Shown one piece after another: positions 17,554-26,365 of a stretch of 39,004 bases of DNA. Numbering within the stretch: position 1 is the first letter of the stretch; every line of letters begins with the position of its first letter. This DNA is from a virus (taxonomy: Duplodnaviria > Caudoviricetes). Below the pieces are notes generated by a model. It saw only the letters and a program-made list of their open reading frames with translations. It did not search any database and had not been told where the DNA came from. The position numbers were made by a program, and so were the translations under genes. The stretch is taken from the IMG/VR virus record IMGVR_UViG_3300033067_001561, positions 1 to 39,004 of that record. One strand, written 5' to 3'.

Positions 17554-18464
17554 TTGTACACTTTGATTCTAAATACCTTCCAGTGCTCTCTATGGATGAG
17601 GCAATACTCTATGGTCACATAGAGTTTTTGTCTGTGGTAAACAAAGTGTCTGGATCAAACTTTTTTGATGATTACTACTGGGTTGATGCTAACTACAGTA
17701 ATTTTTCTGGGCTTTTTACTTTTTGGAGTGTAGTAAAGGTAAAGGAATTATTTGAGCGTATGGTAAGCATTGGTGTTATAGAGCAGAAGACATTTAATAG
17801 CAGCAGGTATTGTATAGTAGATGGGGATAGGATGAATGACCTCCTATCTGGCAAGGTAGTCACAGCTGAGGTTGTATTAGCTGATGATAGTCAGGACGAG
17901 CTCACATGGAGGGGATACCAAAAGAAGACTGGGATAAATTACAAGTCAGTGCCTAATCGTAGAGATGTGGCTGAATATCTTGCTGTTATTGATGGCTATA
18001 ACCAACTGTTTGGTAAGAATATTTCTTTGACTAATACAAACTATCGGCTTATATCACAGGCATTTGCTAATGGTCACAACCCAAAGGCTATTATTCAAGC
18101 ATTTCAAAATCGACCAAAGATTGAGTGGACTACAAAGTATTGGAAACCAGCTGATTTCCCCTCTATGTTCTATCAGAAGAATGGTAAAGGCGATCCTGTA
18201 GACTGGGTAGATACATTTGCTGGAGAAAATTTTAGCTCCAATAAACAAGATCTACAAAAAGAATTGCAAGAAGTAATAAACTGGTTTAAGATTTTACACG
18301 ATATAACTGATAGTGATCGTGTGAAGTATTTTGCAACTGTCAAGTATCCTGTATGGAGTGTGAGTGAGCTAAAGGGTTGCAGTGGGGACTATGACCTCAT
18401 TACAGAAAGTCTGAATAAGCTTTACAATGCATATAGGAAATATATAAATCTTGTAGATACATAA
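17550..18464 (+). CDS. Putative replication initiator / replisome organiser
   Basis: ATGA overlap; N-terminal LSMDEAILYGHI...W....F.FWS winged-HTH-like domain; directly precedes the primase-helicase. Confidence 0.6.
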   Translation: MIVHFDSKYLPVLSMDEAILYGHIEFLSVVNKVSGSNFFDDYYWVDANYSNFSGLFTFWSVVKVKELFERMVSIGVIEQKTFNSSRYCIVDGDRMNDLLSGKVVTAEVVLADDSQDELTWRGYQKKTGINYKSVPNRRDVAEYLAVIDGYNQLFGKNISLTNTNYRLISQAFANGHNPKAIIQAFQNRPKIEWTTKYWKPADFPSMFYQKNGKGDPVDWVDTFAGENFSSNKQDLQKELQEVINWFKILHDITDSDRVKYFATVKYPVWSVSELKGCSGDYDLITESLNKLYNAYRKYINLVDT

Positions 18465-18494
18465 ACAATTTTATTTTGTATACATTGATATGCT

Positions 18495-21461
18495 ATGGAT
18501 GTTAAACCAATTATTAATTTCTTCAAGCATCTACACATCACTGGTACACAGATACAAATTGGCACATTAGAAAAAGTAATTGTTTATGGAGAGCAGATAT
18601 TCCCATTCCCAGCAACATTCGAAAAGCTTCTAGAGGACTTTCAAAATCAGGATATGTATTTCTTGGGGAATATAGTACGAGAGAAGTACCAACATGCCCC
18701 ACACAAGCGTGAGACTCACGATGATGACATTGAACAGAAAAGATATGTTTTCTTTGATTTTGATATACGAAACCACTTCAAAGAAAATGACATGGAGGTG
18801 ACTGACCAAGAGATAAAAGATATAGCCAACGACTTTATAACTAGCGCAAAAGACCATCCGCTATGGAGCAAGTGGAGTTTTATTGTCTTTACTGGCAACG
18901 GCATTCATATTTATTATGTATCAGGAGCTTCCTATGTAAACAAGAAACAATTTGCATTGGGCTATAAATATTTTGCAGAGCAGCTGGATCCACTTGTGGG
19001 AATACCATCTGATAAAAAATGCTCCAACCTAGCTCGTATTGGAAGGTTGCCTGGAAGCTATAACAACAAGCAAGGCAAGCACACACTGGTAGAGATTATT
19101 GCAAGCCAGCCTCAGGAATCATTTGTGATAGATCAGATCATGTCGTATCAGCCTCCAAAGAAGGTTGAGAAACCTATTACAGCGGAAGCTGCAACTGGTA
19201 TAGTTTTTCCAGAGTATACCAATGGAGTTTCTTATGATGAGGTATTAGCCTTTGTAAAGAAAAAGCCAATACGGGAGATGTGCTCAGACTTTGGTATTGA
19301 AGTTACGTATAAAGGAGAAATTGTATTAGATGGGGACATTACATCGGCTCGCATTAATGAAGAAGGCAATTACATCAATAGGTTCAGCGGTAAGGGTGGT
19401 AGCGGTGATTTTATTAGCATATTGAAACAGGCTCGTGCTATTGATTTTAAAGAAGCTTGCGACTTGGTAGCCCAGCAATACTTTAAAAAACAAGTAGTAT
19501 TTACCCCTGTGAATAATAAAGCTATTGCCACAGAAGAAATGCAGCTTGCAGCGCTTACACGTATAGAGCAAATACGGCAGGAAGCATCGAAGATGAGCGA
19601 TATTCTAGGGCGATTTAATGTGCCACAGACTAAGAACGTGAAGACATGGGGTATTAGCAATGTGGATGAGAAGTTTGGCAATGTTCGTAATGGTGAGTAT
19701 ATATTATTCCTTGGTGAAGCTGGTACAGGAAAGTGTTTAGGGAAAGGAACAAAAGTAATGATGGCAGATTGTAGTATAAAAAATGTTGAAGATATTACGG
19801 TTGGTGAACAAGTTATGGGACCTGATAGTAAGCCAAGAAATGTGCTAGGGTTAGGGCGTGGAAAAGAGCAGATGTATAAGATTATACCAAATAGATCAAA
19901 AGAAGATTTCTTTATGTGTAATGGATCGCATATATTATCTTTGCGTGTATCTGGTAGCAGTGAAACGGTAAATATAAGCGTTGATGAATATATGAAATTG
20001 AAAGATGGAGGTCGTAGAGGCAAGAAAAATTTGAAGCTATATAGATCTTCATTGGATTTCTCAGAGAAGGAGCAAACTCTAGAACCATATTTTCTTGGTA
20101 TATGGTTAGCTGATGGAGATTCAGCTAATCCTACTGTTACTAATAAAGACGAAGAGATTATTGCATATCTAAAAGAATACGCAGATAGGCTAGGGCATGA
20201 CTGTATTGAATATATTCATGAGGGTAAGTGTAGGAGACATGCAATTAGAAGAAAGAGGGGTAAAATGGGGCACCATAACTGGAACGTAGAAAGAGAACTG
20301 TCTACATTGGGTCTTTTGGGGAATAAGCATATACCTTCTAACTTTTTATTAGCATCTGAAGAGCAAAGACTTCAGTTATTAGCTGGTATTATAGATGGAG
20401 ATGGACATAAGGGGGAGAATAACTGTTATGAGATTACGTTAAAGCAATATAATCTATGCAAGCAAATCCAGTTTCTTGCAAGGTCACTTGGATTCAGCTG
20501 TTCCTTAAATAAGAAAATAGCACATATAAAATCAGTAGATTTTACTGGTGTATATTATCGAATGCATATATCTGGTGATATGACTAGACTGCCATTAAAG
20601 ATAGCATATAAAAGATCACAAAAAAATGATTCAGAAAAACATGTTGTAAATAAGACATACACTGGATTTAAAATAGAGCCACAGGGTATTGGAGATTATT
20701 ACGGCTTCGAGCTTGATGGAGACCATCTCTATTTGCTGGATTCATTTATCGTTACTCACAATACTACCTATTGCCTAAACATGATGATAGAGAACGCTAA
20801 GCGTGGGGTGAAGTGCCTCTTCCTATCACTTGAGATGGCTAAAGAGCGTATAGAAGATCGTTACATTGAAACAAGGGCTCAGCTCACCCAGCAGGACCGT
20901 GAGCGTGGCAAATACTCTGATGCTCAGATGAAGGTTATTGAGGAGTGCATTAGGGATTTGCAGAACCCATATATACATATGATTGATATGGTGCTGCTGA
21001 AGGATGATAAAAGAAACTGGCTGCTTATGAAGGAGTTATTTAATGACTACGATATTATATTTATAGATAACTTTTCCAAGATTATTCCTCGTGATAACAA
21101 GGAAGAGTATCAGCTACAGAGTATGATTTCAGAGGAGATTGCAAACTATGTGGAAGGCACTGGGAAAATTGTAGTTATGCTACACCATTACGGTAAACAG
21201 ATGGGTAATAGTAAGTCTCGTGGCATGGAAGCTAGGGGAAGTCAGAAGCTGATAGATGATATATCTACCCATTTTTCATTGCAACGAGCAGAGGATGGAA
21301 GCAACGCCACTATTATATCAGTGAAGAAAGGTCGTTACATACCTGTGGGTAGCGTGGCTGTGTTGTTTAATCATGGTACCTATGAGCCATATGCTTTTGA
21401 TGAGATAGCTATGGAGCCTGTTACCAAGGGTAAAAAACATACAGAAAGTATAATTTTTTAA
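18495..21461 (+). CDS. AEP-type primase fused to DnaB-like helicase, intein-containing
   Basis: FFDFD, TGNGIH, RLPGSYN (primase); GEAGTGK|TT Walker A, FLSLEM, IFIDN (helicase). Confidence 0.9.
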   Translation: MDVKPIINFFKHLHITGTQIQIGTLEKVIVYGEQIFPFPATFEKLLEDFQNQDMYFLGNIVREKYQHAPHKRETHDDDIEQKRYVFFDFDIRNHFKENDMEVTDQEIKDIANDFITSAKDHPLWSKWSFIVFTGNGIHIYYVSGASYVNKKQFALGYKYFAEQLDPLVGIPSDKKCSNLARIGRLPGSYNNKQGKHTLVEIIASQPQESFVIDQIMSYQPPKKVEKPITAEAATGIVFPEYTNGVSYDEVLAFVKKKPIREMCSDFGIEVTYKGEIVLDGDITSARINEEGNYINRFSGKGGSGDFISILKQARAIDFKEACDLVAQQYFKKQVVFTPVNNKAIATEEMQLAALTRIEQIRQEASKMSDILGRFNVPQTKNVKTWGISNVDEKFGNVRNGEYILFLGEAGTGKCLGKGTKVMMADCSIKNVEDITVGEQVMGPDSKPRNVLGLGRGKEQMYKIIPNRSKEDFFMCNGSHILSLRVSGSSETVNISVDEYMKLKDGGRRGKKNLKLYRSSLDFSEKEQTLEPYFLGIWLADGDSANPTVTNKDEEIIAYLKEYADRLGHDCIEYIHEGKCRRHAIRRKRGKMGHHNWNVERELSTLGLLGNKHIPSNFLLASEEQRLQLLAGIIDGDGHKGENNCYEITLKQYNLCKQIQFLARSLGFSCSLNKKIAHIKSVDFTGVYYRMHISGDMTRLPLKIAYKRSQKNDSEKHVVNKTYTGFKIEPQGIGDYYGFELDGDHLYLLDSFIVTHNTTYCLNMMIENAKRGVKCLFLSLEMAKERIEDRYIETRAQLTQQDRERGKYSDAQMKVIEECIRDLQNPYIHMIDMVLLKDDKRNWLLMKELFNDYDIIFIDNFSKIIPRDNKEEYQLQSMISEEIANYVEGTGKIVVMLHHYGKQMGNSKSRGMEARGSQKLIDDISTHFSLQRAEDGSNATIISVKKGRYIPVGSVAVLFNHGTYEPYAFDEIAMEPVTKGKKHTESIIF
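19734..20762 (+). mobile_element. Intein with LAGLIDADG homing endonuclease (343 aa) in the helicase P-loop
   Basis: Starts CLGKGT, ends IVTHN|T; FLGIWLADG and LLAGIIDGDG motifs. Confidence 0.95.
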
Positions 21462-21525
21462 AAATTATTGCAATATAAAAACAAGCGAGTAGAATCGTTT
21501 TGTATAACCTTACAACATTGCCACA

Positions 21526-21720
21526 ATGGATAAACTCATTAATGTGACAATTACGATGAAAATTAACGATGTGGAAGTAGAGCATGCTCTAGAGGTCAAT
21601 TCTATGATTCTGGATTATGTCCATGGTCGTGAGTTTGCGTTAAGTCACCCTATAGAATCCGCCGTGCAGCGTTGTGTTTCAAAATTCTTAACTAAGTGGG
21701 ACGAAACTTATGCCGATTAA
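21526..21720 (+). CDS. Hypothetical protein
   Basis: 64-aa ORF after TTGCAA-16 nt-TAGAAT (21468-21495). Confidence 0.65.
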   Translation: MDKLINVTITMKINDVEVEHALEVNSMILDYVHGREFALSHPIESAVQRCVSKFLTKWDETYAD

Positions 21721-22048
21721 TACGAACAAAACAGTAAGTGTTGATTTGCTTTGTGACAACACACTATGTAAGAAAAGAGAAACTATGTCACAAGAGGAAA
21801 CAAAACTTTCTACGTGGGTATTTTTCCGAAAAGGCAATGCACAGAACTTATTTCTCTATGAAAAAGTAGATCAATTTGCAAAGCGAAAAGTATTTACTAC
21901 GTCAGTAAGAATTAGCAATGAGGTACAAGCTGTATTTTGTTGTTCCGCTTGCGCAGGAAGTGTTATGAAACAGGAACTTGAAAAGTTTTTATATAATCCC
22001 ATGCAACGTGATGGTGATAGGATAAAGCTTAGTACAAGAATATATTAA
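21710..22048 (+). CDS. Hypothetical zinc-binding protein
   Basis: CDNTLC ... FCCSAC. Confidence 0.65.
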   Translation: MPINTNKTVSVDLLCDNTLCKKRETMSQEETKLSTWVFFRKGNAQNLFLYEKVDQFAKRKVFTTSVRISNEVQAVFCCSACAGSVMKQELEKFLYNPMQRDGDRIKLSTRIY

Positions 22049-22101
22049 TATTACAATGAACATTAAAATGAAAATATTATAATTTTTCATGTTAATATTC
22101 T

Positions 22102-22725
22102 ATGATTGACTTTCTATCTCGGGAACAAAGCTCAGCAAGCAGTACAAATTTCGCAGCCCTTGAAGCTGATGATTACATTGCAAAGATTGTTGAGGTTGAT
22201 GCTACGGCACAGAAGCAAAAGTATGATTCATTCATTAAGCGTGGTCGTGTAGCTGATCTTTCACAATTACCAGCTGATGAAGTTGAACCTACTGTTAAAG
22301 TTACACTTCTTGTTTATGGTACTAAGAGCGGAGATGCCATGAAAGACGTTGAAGGTAAAGTAGCTGAACCACTCTCAAGAAGAGCTTACAAAGATGTTTC
22401 TCCATACGTAGGATTCAATCGTAAATCAGGAGCTCCATCAGACTATCGTTGTTTGTTTGGATATGCTTTAAAGCAAGATCCAGTGAAGCCTTTTGCTGCT
22501 ACAGGTATTGAAGACATCATGGGTAAATATATTGGCATTGAGCTAATTATTAACAAGAACGGAAACAATACACTGAAAGCATTTAAAAAAGTTCCAGAAT
22601 CATTTATGCCTAATTCTCTTACTGAAGAGACAGCTATGGCAAAGTACCAGGAGCAGAAAGCAAAAAAAGCTAGTACAGCCCCACAAGGTGAGCTTACTAC
22701 ATCTACACAGGATATTCCTTGGTAG
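22102..22725 (+). CDS. Putative single-stranded DNA-binding protein
   Basis: OB-fold-like start (ALEADDYIAKIVEV), flexible tail ending DIPW like the SSB DIPF tip, replication context. Confidence 0.7.
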   Translation: MIDFLSREQSSASSTNFAALEADDYIAKIVEVDATAQKQKYDSFIKRGRVADLSQLPADEVEPTVKVTLLVYGTKSGDAMKDVEGKVAEPLSRRAYKDVSPYVGFNRKSGAPSDYRCLFGYALKQDPVKPFAATGIEDIMGKYIGIELIINKNGNNTLKAFKKVPESFMPNSLTEETAMAKYQEQKAKKASTAPQGELTTSTQDIPW

Positions 22726-22734
22726 TCTCCATAG

Positions 22735-22763
22735 AAACCGTGCTATACTATAGTGCGGTTTTT
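22735..22763 (+). terminator. Rho-independent terminator
   Basis: AAACCGTGCTAT-act-ATAGTGCGGTTT followed by Ts. Confidence 0.75.
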
Positions 22764-22791
22764 ATTATGTATTTTATATTATATTGATTCT

Positions 22792-23190
22792 ATGAACGAT
22801 TTTGCACTAAATTCAAATACTACAAGAACTTTCCGAGGAGGAGTAGTTACAGAAAGAAAATTTGAAGTACTCGGACAGCCACAAAAGACTTATACAATGG
22901 AAGAGGTATTAGCCGAGCCAGTTGTAGAGGAAGTTGCGGTTGCAGAACACTTTAAGGAACCTATCGTTGAAGAAGAAGTTGTGGCTGAACAGGCTGTAGT
23001 TGAGGAAGAAGTTAAACAAGAAGAGCCTGAAGAGGTCGTAGTGGAAGAGGTAGTTGCTGAAGCTCCAGCGGTAGCTCAGACACCAGCAGCGGTTGAAACC
23101 GTTGTAGAGCCTGTTGCTCAAGAGGTTGTAGTTGAAGCTGCTCCAGTAGTCGCTGAGGTTGCTGCTGATACTGCTGTAACAAACGCCTAA
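22792..23190 (+). CDS. Glu/Val/Ala-rich acidic low-complexity protein
   Basis: Repeated EEVVAE / PVVEEV units; ATG 22792 chosen because GTG 22753 lies inside the terminator. Confidence 0.8.
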   Translation: MNDFALNSNTTRTFRGGVVTERKFEVLGQPQKTYTMEEVLAEPVVEEVAVAEHFKEPIVEEEVVAEQAVVEEEVKQEEPEEVVVEEVVAEAPAVAQTPAAVETVVEPVAQEVVVEAAPVVAEVAADTAVTNA

Positions 23191-23672
23191 TGATTATTCT
23201 TGGCGTTGACCCTTCTATATCTGATACAGGATATGCTATAATGGATTGTAAAAGGCTTGTTGCCTATGGTCATGTAAAAACATCCAGCAAGGATGATTAT
23301 ATGGATAGGTTACAAGTTTTTTACAAGACAATACAAGAACTTTGTACAGAATATAAGCCTGATGTATTAGCTATAGAAACTCAATATATAAACTATTCTG
23401 GCTTCAGCAGTAACTCAATATTGAAAGTTACGGAGCTAAAAGGTGTTATTGAGGGGGCTTACTGGTCTATCATGAAGAAAGGGAAGGTGTATGATGTAAA
23501 CCCTAAGACGGTGAAGTCATATATTGGATTACCCATCAAGGCAAAACGAGAAGCGGCTAAGACAGCTTCACTCGCATATGTAAATGATAATTACGAAACA
23601 TTCTCAAGTAAAAATAATAATGAATCTGATGCAGTCCTTATAGCTTTATGTGGTTTTGACCATGCTGTTTAA
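23190..23672 (+). CDS. ruvC: Holliday junction resolvase RuvC
   Basis: ILGVDP...TGYA, LAIE, P..VK, NESDA. Confidence 0.93.
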   Translation: MIILGVDPSISDTGYAIMDCKRLVAYGHVKTSSKDDYMDRLQVFYKTIQELCTEYKPDVLAIETQYINYSGFSSNSILKVTELKGVIEGAYWSIMKKGKVYDVNPKTVKSYIGLPIKAKREAAKTASLAYVNDNYETFSSKNNNESDAVLIALCGFDHAV

Positions 23673-23925
23673 TAAGAAACATTTACAGTATCTCATGTAC
23701 GCAAACGGTATACATGAGGATTGGGGCTGCGACCCTCACCATTTTTTGCCCCGAGGACAAGGCGGACCAGATCACATTACGAACTGCGTGCTGATACCAC
23801 GAGCATGGCATGATCAATTTCACTTTGGGGATAAAGCCGCTATATACCCTACAATTACAAGGCTATTTAAAAAACAGCAAAGAAATTTGCAGCGTTATCT
23901 GAAGAGTAATAACTTTTCATTATAA
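23662..23925 (+). CDS. Small HNH endonuclease
   Basis: PHHFLPRGQGG.D...NCV......HDQFH. Confidence 0.8.
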   Translation: MLFNKKHLQYLMYANGIHEDWGCDPHHFLPRGQGGPDHITNCVLIPRAWHDQFHFGDKAAIYPTITRLFKKQQRNLQRYLKSNNFSL

Positions 23926-24016
23926 TCGCTTGCATTCTAGCGAAGTTCTTATATACTTTGTTCAGATGGGCTATACAGTGGCAAATGTATATAATTTTAT
24001 ATAATATTTGTCAAAC

Positions 24017-24265
24017 ATGAACGACACAACAAATTACTCAACACCAGACATGGGACTTGCAGCTGCTCTTATGACTGCTGGGTTCGAGATTCAAGAACTT
24101 CAAAAAATTGATGCAAAGAAATTTGAATTTATTTTTAAAGCTCAGAAAGATGATTCTCATATCAAAGGAGCTATCTCAAGCTATTGGGATAAAAACCTTC
24201 TTGTGAGCGCATATGACTATTTCAACAATACAAAAATGTTGAAGAGCAGAATCTATAGTTCATAA
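24017..24265 (+). CDS. DUF5659-like small protein
   Basis: ST.D..LAAAL...GF...FIF...YW...V...YF...K.LKSRIY pattern, recalled by eye. Confidence 0.65.
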   Translation: MNDTTNYSTPDMGLAAALMTAGFEIQELQKIDAKKFEFIFKAQKDDSHIKGAISSYWDKNLLVSAYDYFNNTKMLKSRIYSS

Positions 24266-24275
24266 ATATAGCCAA

Positions 24276-24313
24276 TATAAAGAACATCAGTCCTAGGATT
24301 GGTGTTTTTTATA
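24276..24313 (+). terminator. Rho-independent terminator
   Basis: AAGAACATCAGTC-ctag-GATTGGTGTTTTT. Confidence 0.7.
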
Positions 24314-24403
24314 AAGACCTATTGCAACATTCACGTTCTTGTTGTAGACTATGTATACAAGAATATGAACATGAATATACTACTCATTTATAAAGGTGTA
24401 TAT

Positions 24404-24712
24404 ATGCTCATTTATTCACACAAAAAAGAATTTAAAGAAAAAGAAATGTTCGCAGGATGCGTTGTAACGGTCGTGTCTCGCTTTGATGGGTATAGATTAC
24501 CTGACAATGCTAAGATAGGTCTTACAGACGATGCTTGGGGTGAAATTGAGAGTGTTATCTATTCTCAGTCTATACCTCTTATTGATGGTGCTTGGGAAAT
24601 TTTCCAGATCCTCACTGAGCTTTCTCCTTATGTATATGAGATTATTATTGATCAGACAGACGGTAATTCATTACGCATCAAAAACGATGAAAAAAAAAGG
24701 TTTAGGAAATAA
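24404..24712 (+). CDS. Hypothetical protein, possibly a degenerate QueD/PTPS T-fold
   Basis: KKEF...VVTV and AWEIFQIL....VYEIIIDQTDGNSLRI resemble the QueD termini; no HxH; start uncertain (24365/24371/24404). Confidence 0.4.
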   Translation: MLIYSHKKEFKEKEMFAGCVVTVVSRFDGYRLPDNAKIGLTDDAWGEIESVIYSQSIPLIDGAWEIFQILTELSPYVYEIIIDQTDGNSLRIKNDEKKRFRK

Positions 24713-24926
24713 CACAAAAAAGTTCTTTGAAAAAAAAATGCAATTCATAGATGTTATAGAGACAGCAATGAATAACAACCCTCGGCATGCAGCTATACTG
24801 AAGAGTAGGCTCCGTGGAGATAGCATGAAGGAACTTGCTGACGAATATAGTATATCAGCAGCACGCATATCACAAATAGAAAATCAAGCATTAAAGAAGA
24901 TGAAAAAATTTATTAGTTTATTTTAA
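24687..24926 (+). CDS. Sigma70 region-4-like HTH protein
   Basis: PRHAAILKSR..GDSMKELADEYSISAARISQIENQALKKM. Confidence 0.8.
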   Translation: MKKKGLGNNTKKFFEKKMQFIDVIETAMNNNPRHAAILKSRLRGDSMKELADEYSISAARISQIENQALKKMKKFISLF

Positions 24927-24935
24927 CAAAACCAC

Positions 24936-25538
24936 ATGGCAGAAATATTTAATACGTACCTTGGATGTCTTGAAGCTCCACGATTCTCTATTATAGAGCA
25001 CGGTGTTTCTAAGGGGCTTCCAGCACTTGTTATCAAATGTGCTCCAAATAAGACAGGAGCTAACTTTAAGATCGCAATGCTCTTAGAAAAGCTAAAAGCA
25101 AGCCTTCATAATCATATTGTATTTGCTGGCAATAAACCAACAACACAAGGAAACCTTAATGAGGTTTTGCGATTATTTGATATTGGTAGAATGCGAGCGC
25201 ACGTGGTGTGTGGTCTTGATGAGCAGATTGTAAATATATTAGGATTTAAGAATATTGATTTCTATATTACAGCGGTTGTGCCATCTACAGGAGATGTGAG
25301 TACTAATGATTTTAGCCCACTCAAGTTCTTGCAAGCTAAGGATACTGTGGTATTCCCAGTGAGTAATAAAGTGGATTATGACTATATCCTTTCTATTTTG
25401 AAAGTATATCCAGTACGATGTAATGTAGAGCTCAAGCCTACCGCTAAGTTTAGAGAGGATTTTGAAGACATGTTTATTGATGACAAAGAGCTCTTTGCTA
25501 TCTTTAAGGATGTAGATCGTATTCGAGTTGTTAATTAA
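24936..25538 (+). CDS. Degenerate QueE-like radical-SAM-fold protein lacking CxxxCxxC
   Basis: Colinear with QueE: FSI..HG...GLPALVI, HIVFAGNKP, VPSTG, L.AKDTVVF.V.NKVDY, VELKP. Confidence 0.6.
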   Translation: MAEIFNTYLGCLEAPRFSIIEHGVSKGLPALVIKCAPNKTGANFKIAMLLEKLKASLHNHIVFAGNKPTTQGNLNEVLRLFDIGRMRAHVVCGLDEQIVNILGFKNIDFYITAVVPSTGDVSTNDFSPLKFLQAKDTVVFPVSNKVDYDYILSILKVYPVRCNVELKPTAKFREDFEDMFIDDKELFAIFKDVDRIRVVN

Positions 25539-25543
25539 TACCT

Positions 25544-25717
25544 ATGGAGAAGACCTATATACGTAAGATTGTTTCACACCTTACCAAGAAGCAAAGAAAA
25601 GACCTTGTAGAGCTCATGCGTAAGAAAGGATTTAAGTTTGAGGCTATACAAGGTGACGGCTGGGTCTTCTCCAGTGATTTACCTACAATGCATGGGCGTG
25701 TAGGGTTCTTGAAGTAA
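25544..25717 (+). CDS. Small hypothetical protein (57 aa)
   Basis: MEKTYIRKIVSHLTKKQRKDLVELMRKKGF...; fills the gap before terS. Confidence 0.55.
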   Translation: MEKTYIRKIVSHLTKKQRKDLVELMRKKGFKFEAIQGDGWVFSSDLPTMHGRVGFLK

Positions 25718-25746
25718 TTTATTTTTGCCTTGTATCTTTAAGTAGA

Positions 25747-26361
25747 ATGACTAATATAAAACCAACAAAGACGAAACAGGAAATGGAAGAGATACAAGAT
25801 TTCTGTTTGGCTTTGAGAAACGATAATAAAACACTCAACGAGATTAAAGCGAAAGTAGAAGCTGAATACGGTGAGTCACGAACCATTATGCAAGTAGGAC
25901 GTTGGATCAAAACCGCTGCGCAAAGATTAGCAAAGGATGATGGTCTTATGGACTTCGATGTGAAGATGGTAAAAGGTATGGGAGAGCTTGATGCACTCCA
26001 GGCAAGGATAGAGAAAATCCTCGAAGAGAAAGTTATAAAATATGATTATAAAGATTCGAAAGGACACCGCAAACAAGAGATAAAGGTAATTTCACCTATG
26101 TTTCTTACAGGATTGTTAAATACACTCGCAATAGTTCTCGATAAGAAGAACCAAATACGAGGATTGAATAACAACCAAATGCAAATGCTTGTCCAGCAGA
26201 ACTATAATTCATATAATAATAACATTCAAGTAGGCAATGATTTCGAACACCTTGATCCAGGAGTACAAAAACAACTCAAAGATATTTTCCAGGAATCAGA
26301 ACAACTTTCTGACATTGGTTCGGCACTTACGATCAACGGGGAAGGAGATTTTGTTGACTAA
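25747..26361 (+). CDS. terS: Putative terminase small subunit
   Basis: N-terminal HTH-like region, helical middle, N/Q-rich tail; immediately upstream of terL. Confidence 0.7.
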   Translation: MTNIKPTKTKQEMEEIQDFCLALRNDNKTLNEIKAKVEAEYGESRTIMQVGRWIKTAAQRLAKDDGLMDFDVKMVKGMGELDALQARIEKILEEKVIKYDYKDSKGHRKQEIKVISPMFLTGLLNTLAIVLDKKNQIRGLNNNQMQMLVQQNYNSYNNNIQVGNDFEHLDPGVQKQLKDIFQESEQLSDIGSALTINGEGDFVD

Positions 26362-26365
26362 GGCA

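Noticed and set aside
19370-20023. 217-aa minus-strand ORF and similar antisense ORFs inside primase-helicase, terL, portal and MuF
   Set aside because: Fully nested opposite well-supported genes and lacking recognisable motifs
24531-24686. N-terminal extension of the sigma-r4 HTH ORF
   Set aside because: Overlaps the upstream gene; ATG 24687 gives a compact HTH protein, which is not a full sigma factor (no region 2)
26237-26365. Longer terL start or a terS-terL frameshift fusion
   Set aside because: The extension overlaps terS by 125 nt with no convincing slippery site; a start at 26354 or 26366 is simpler
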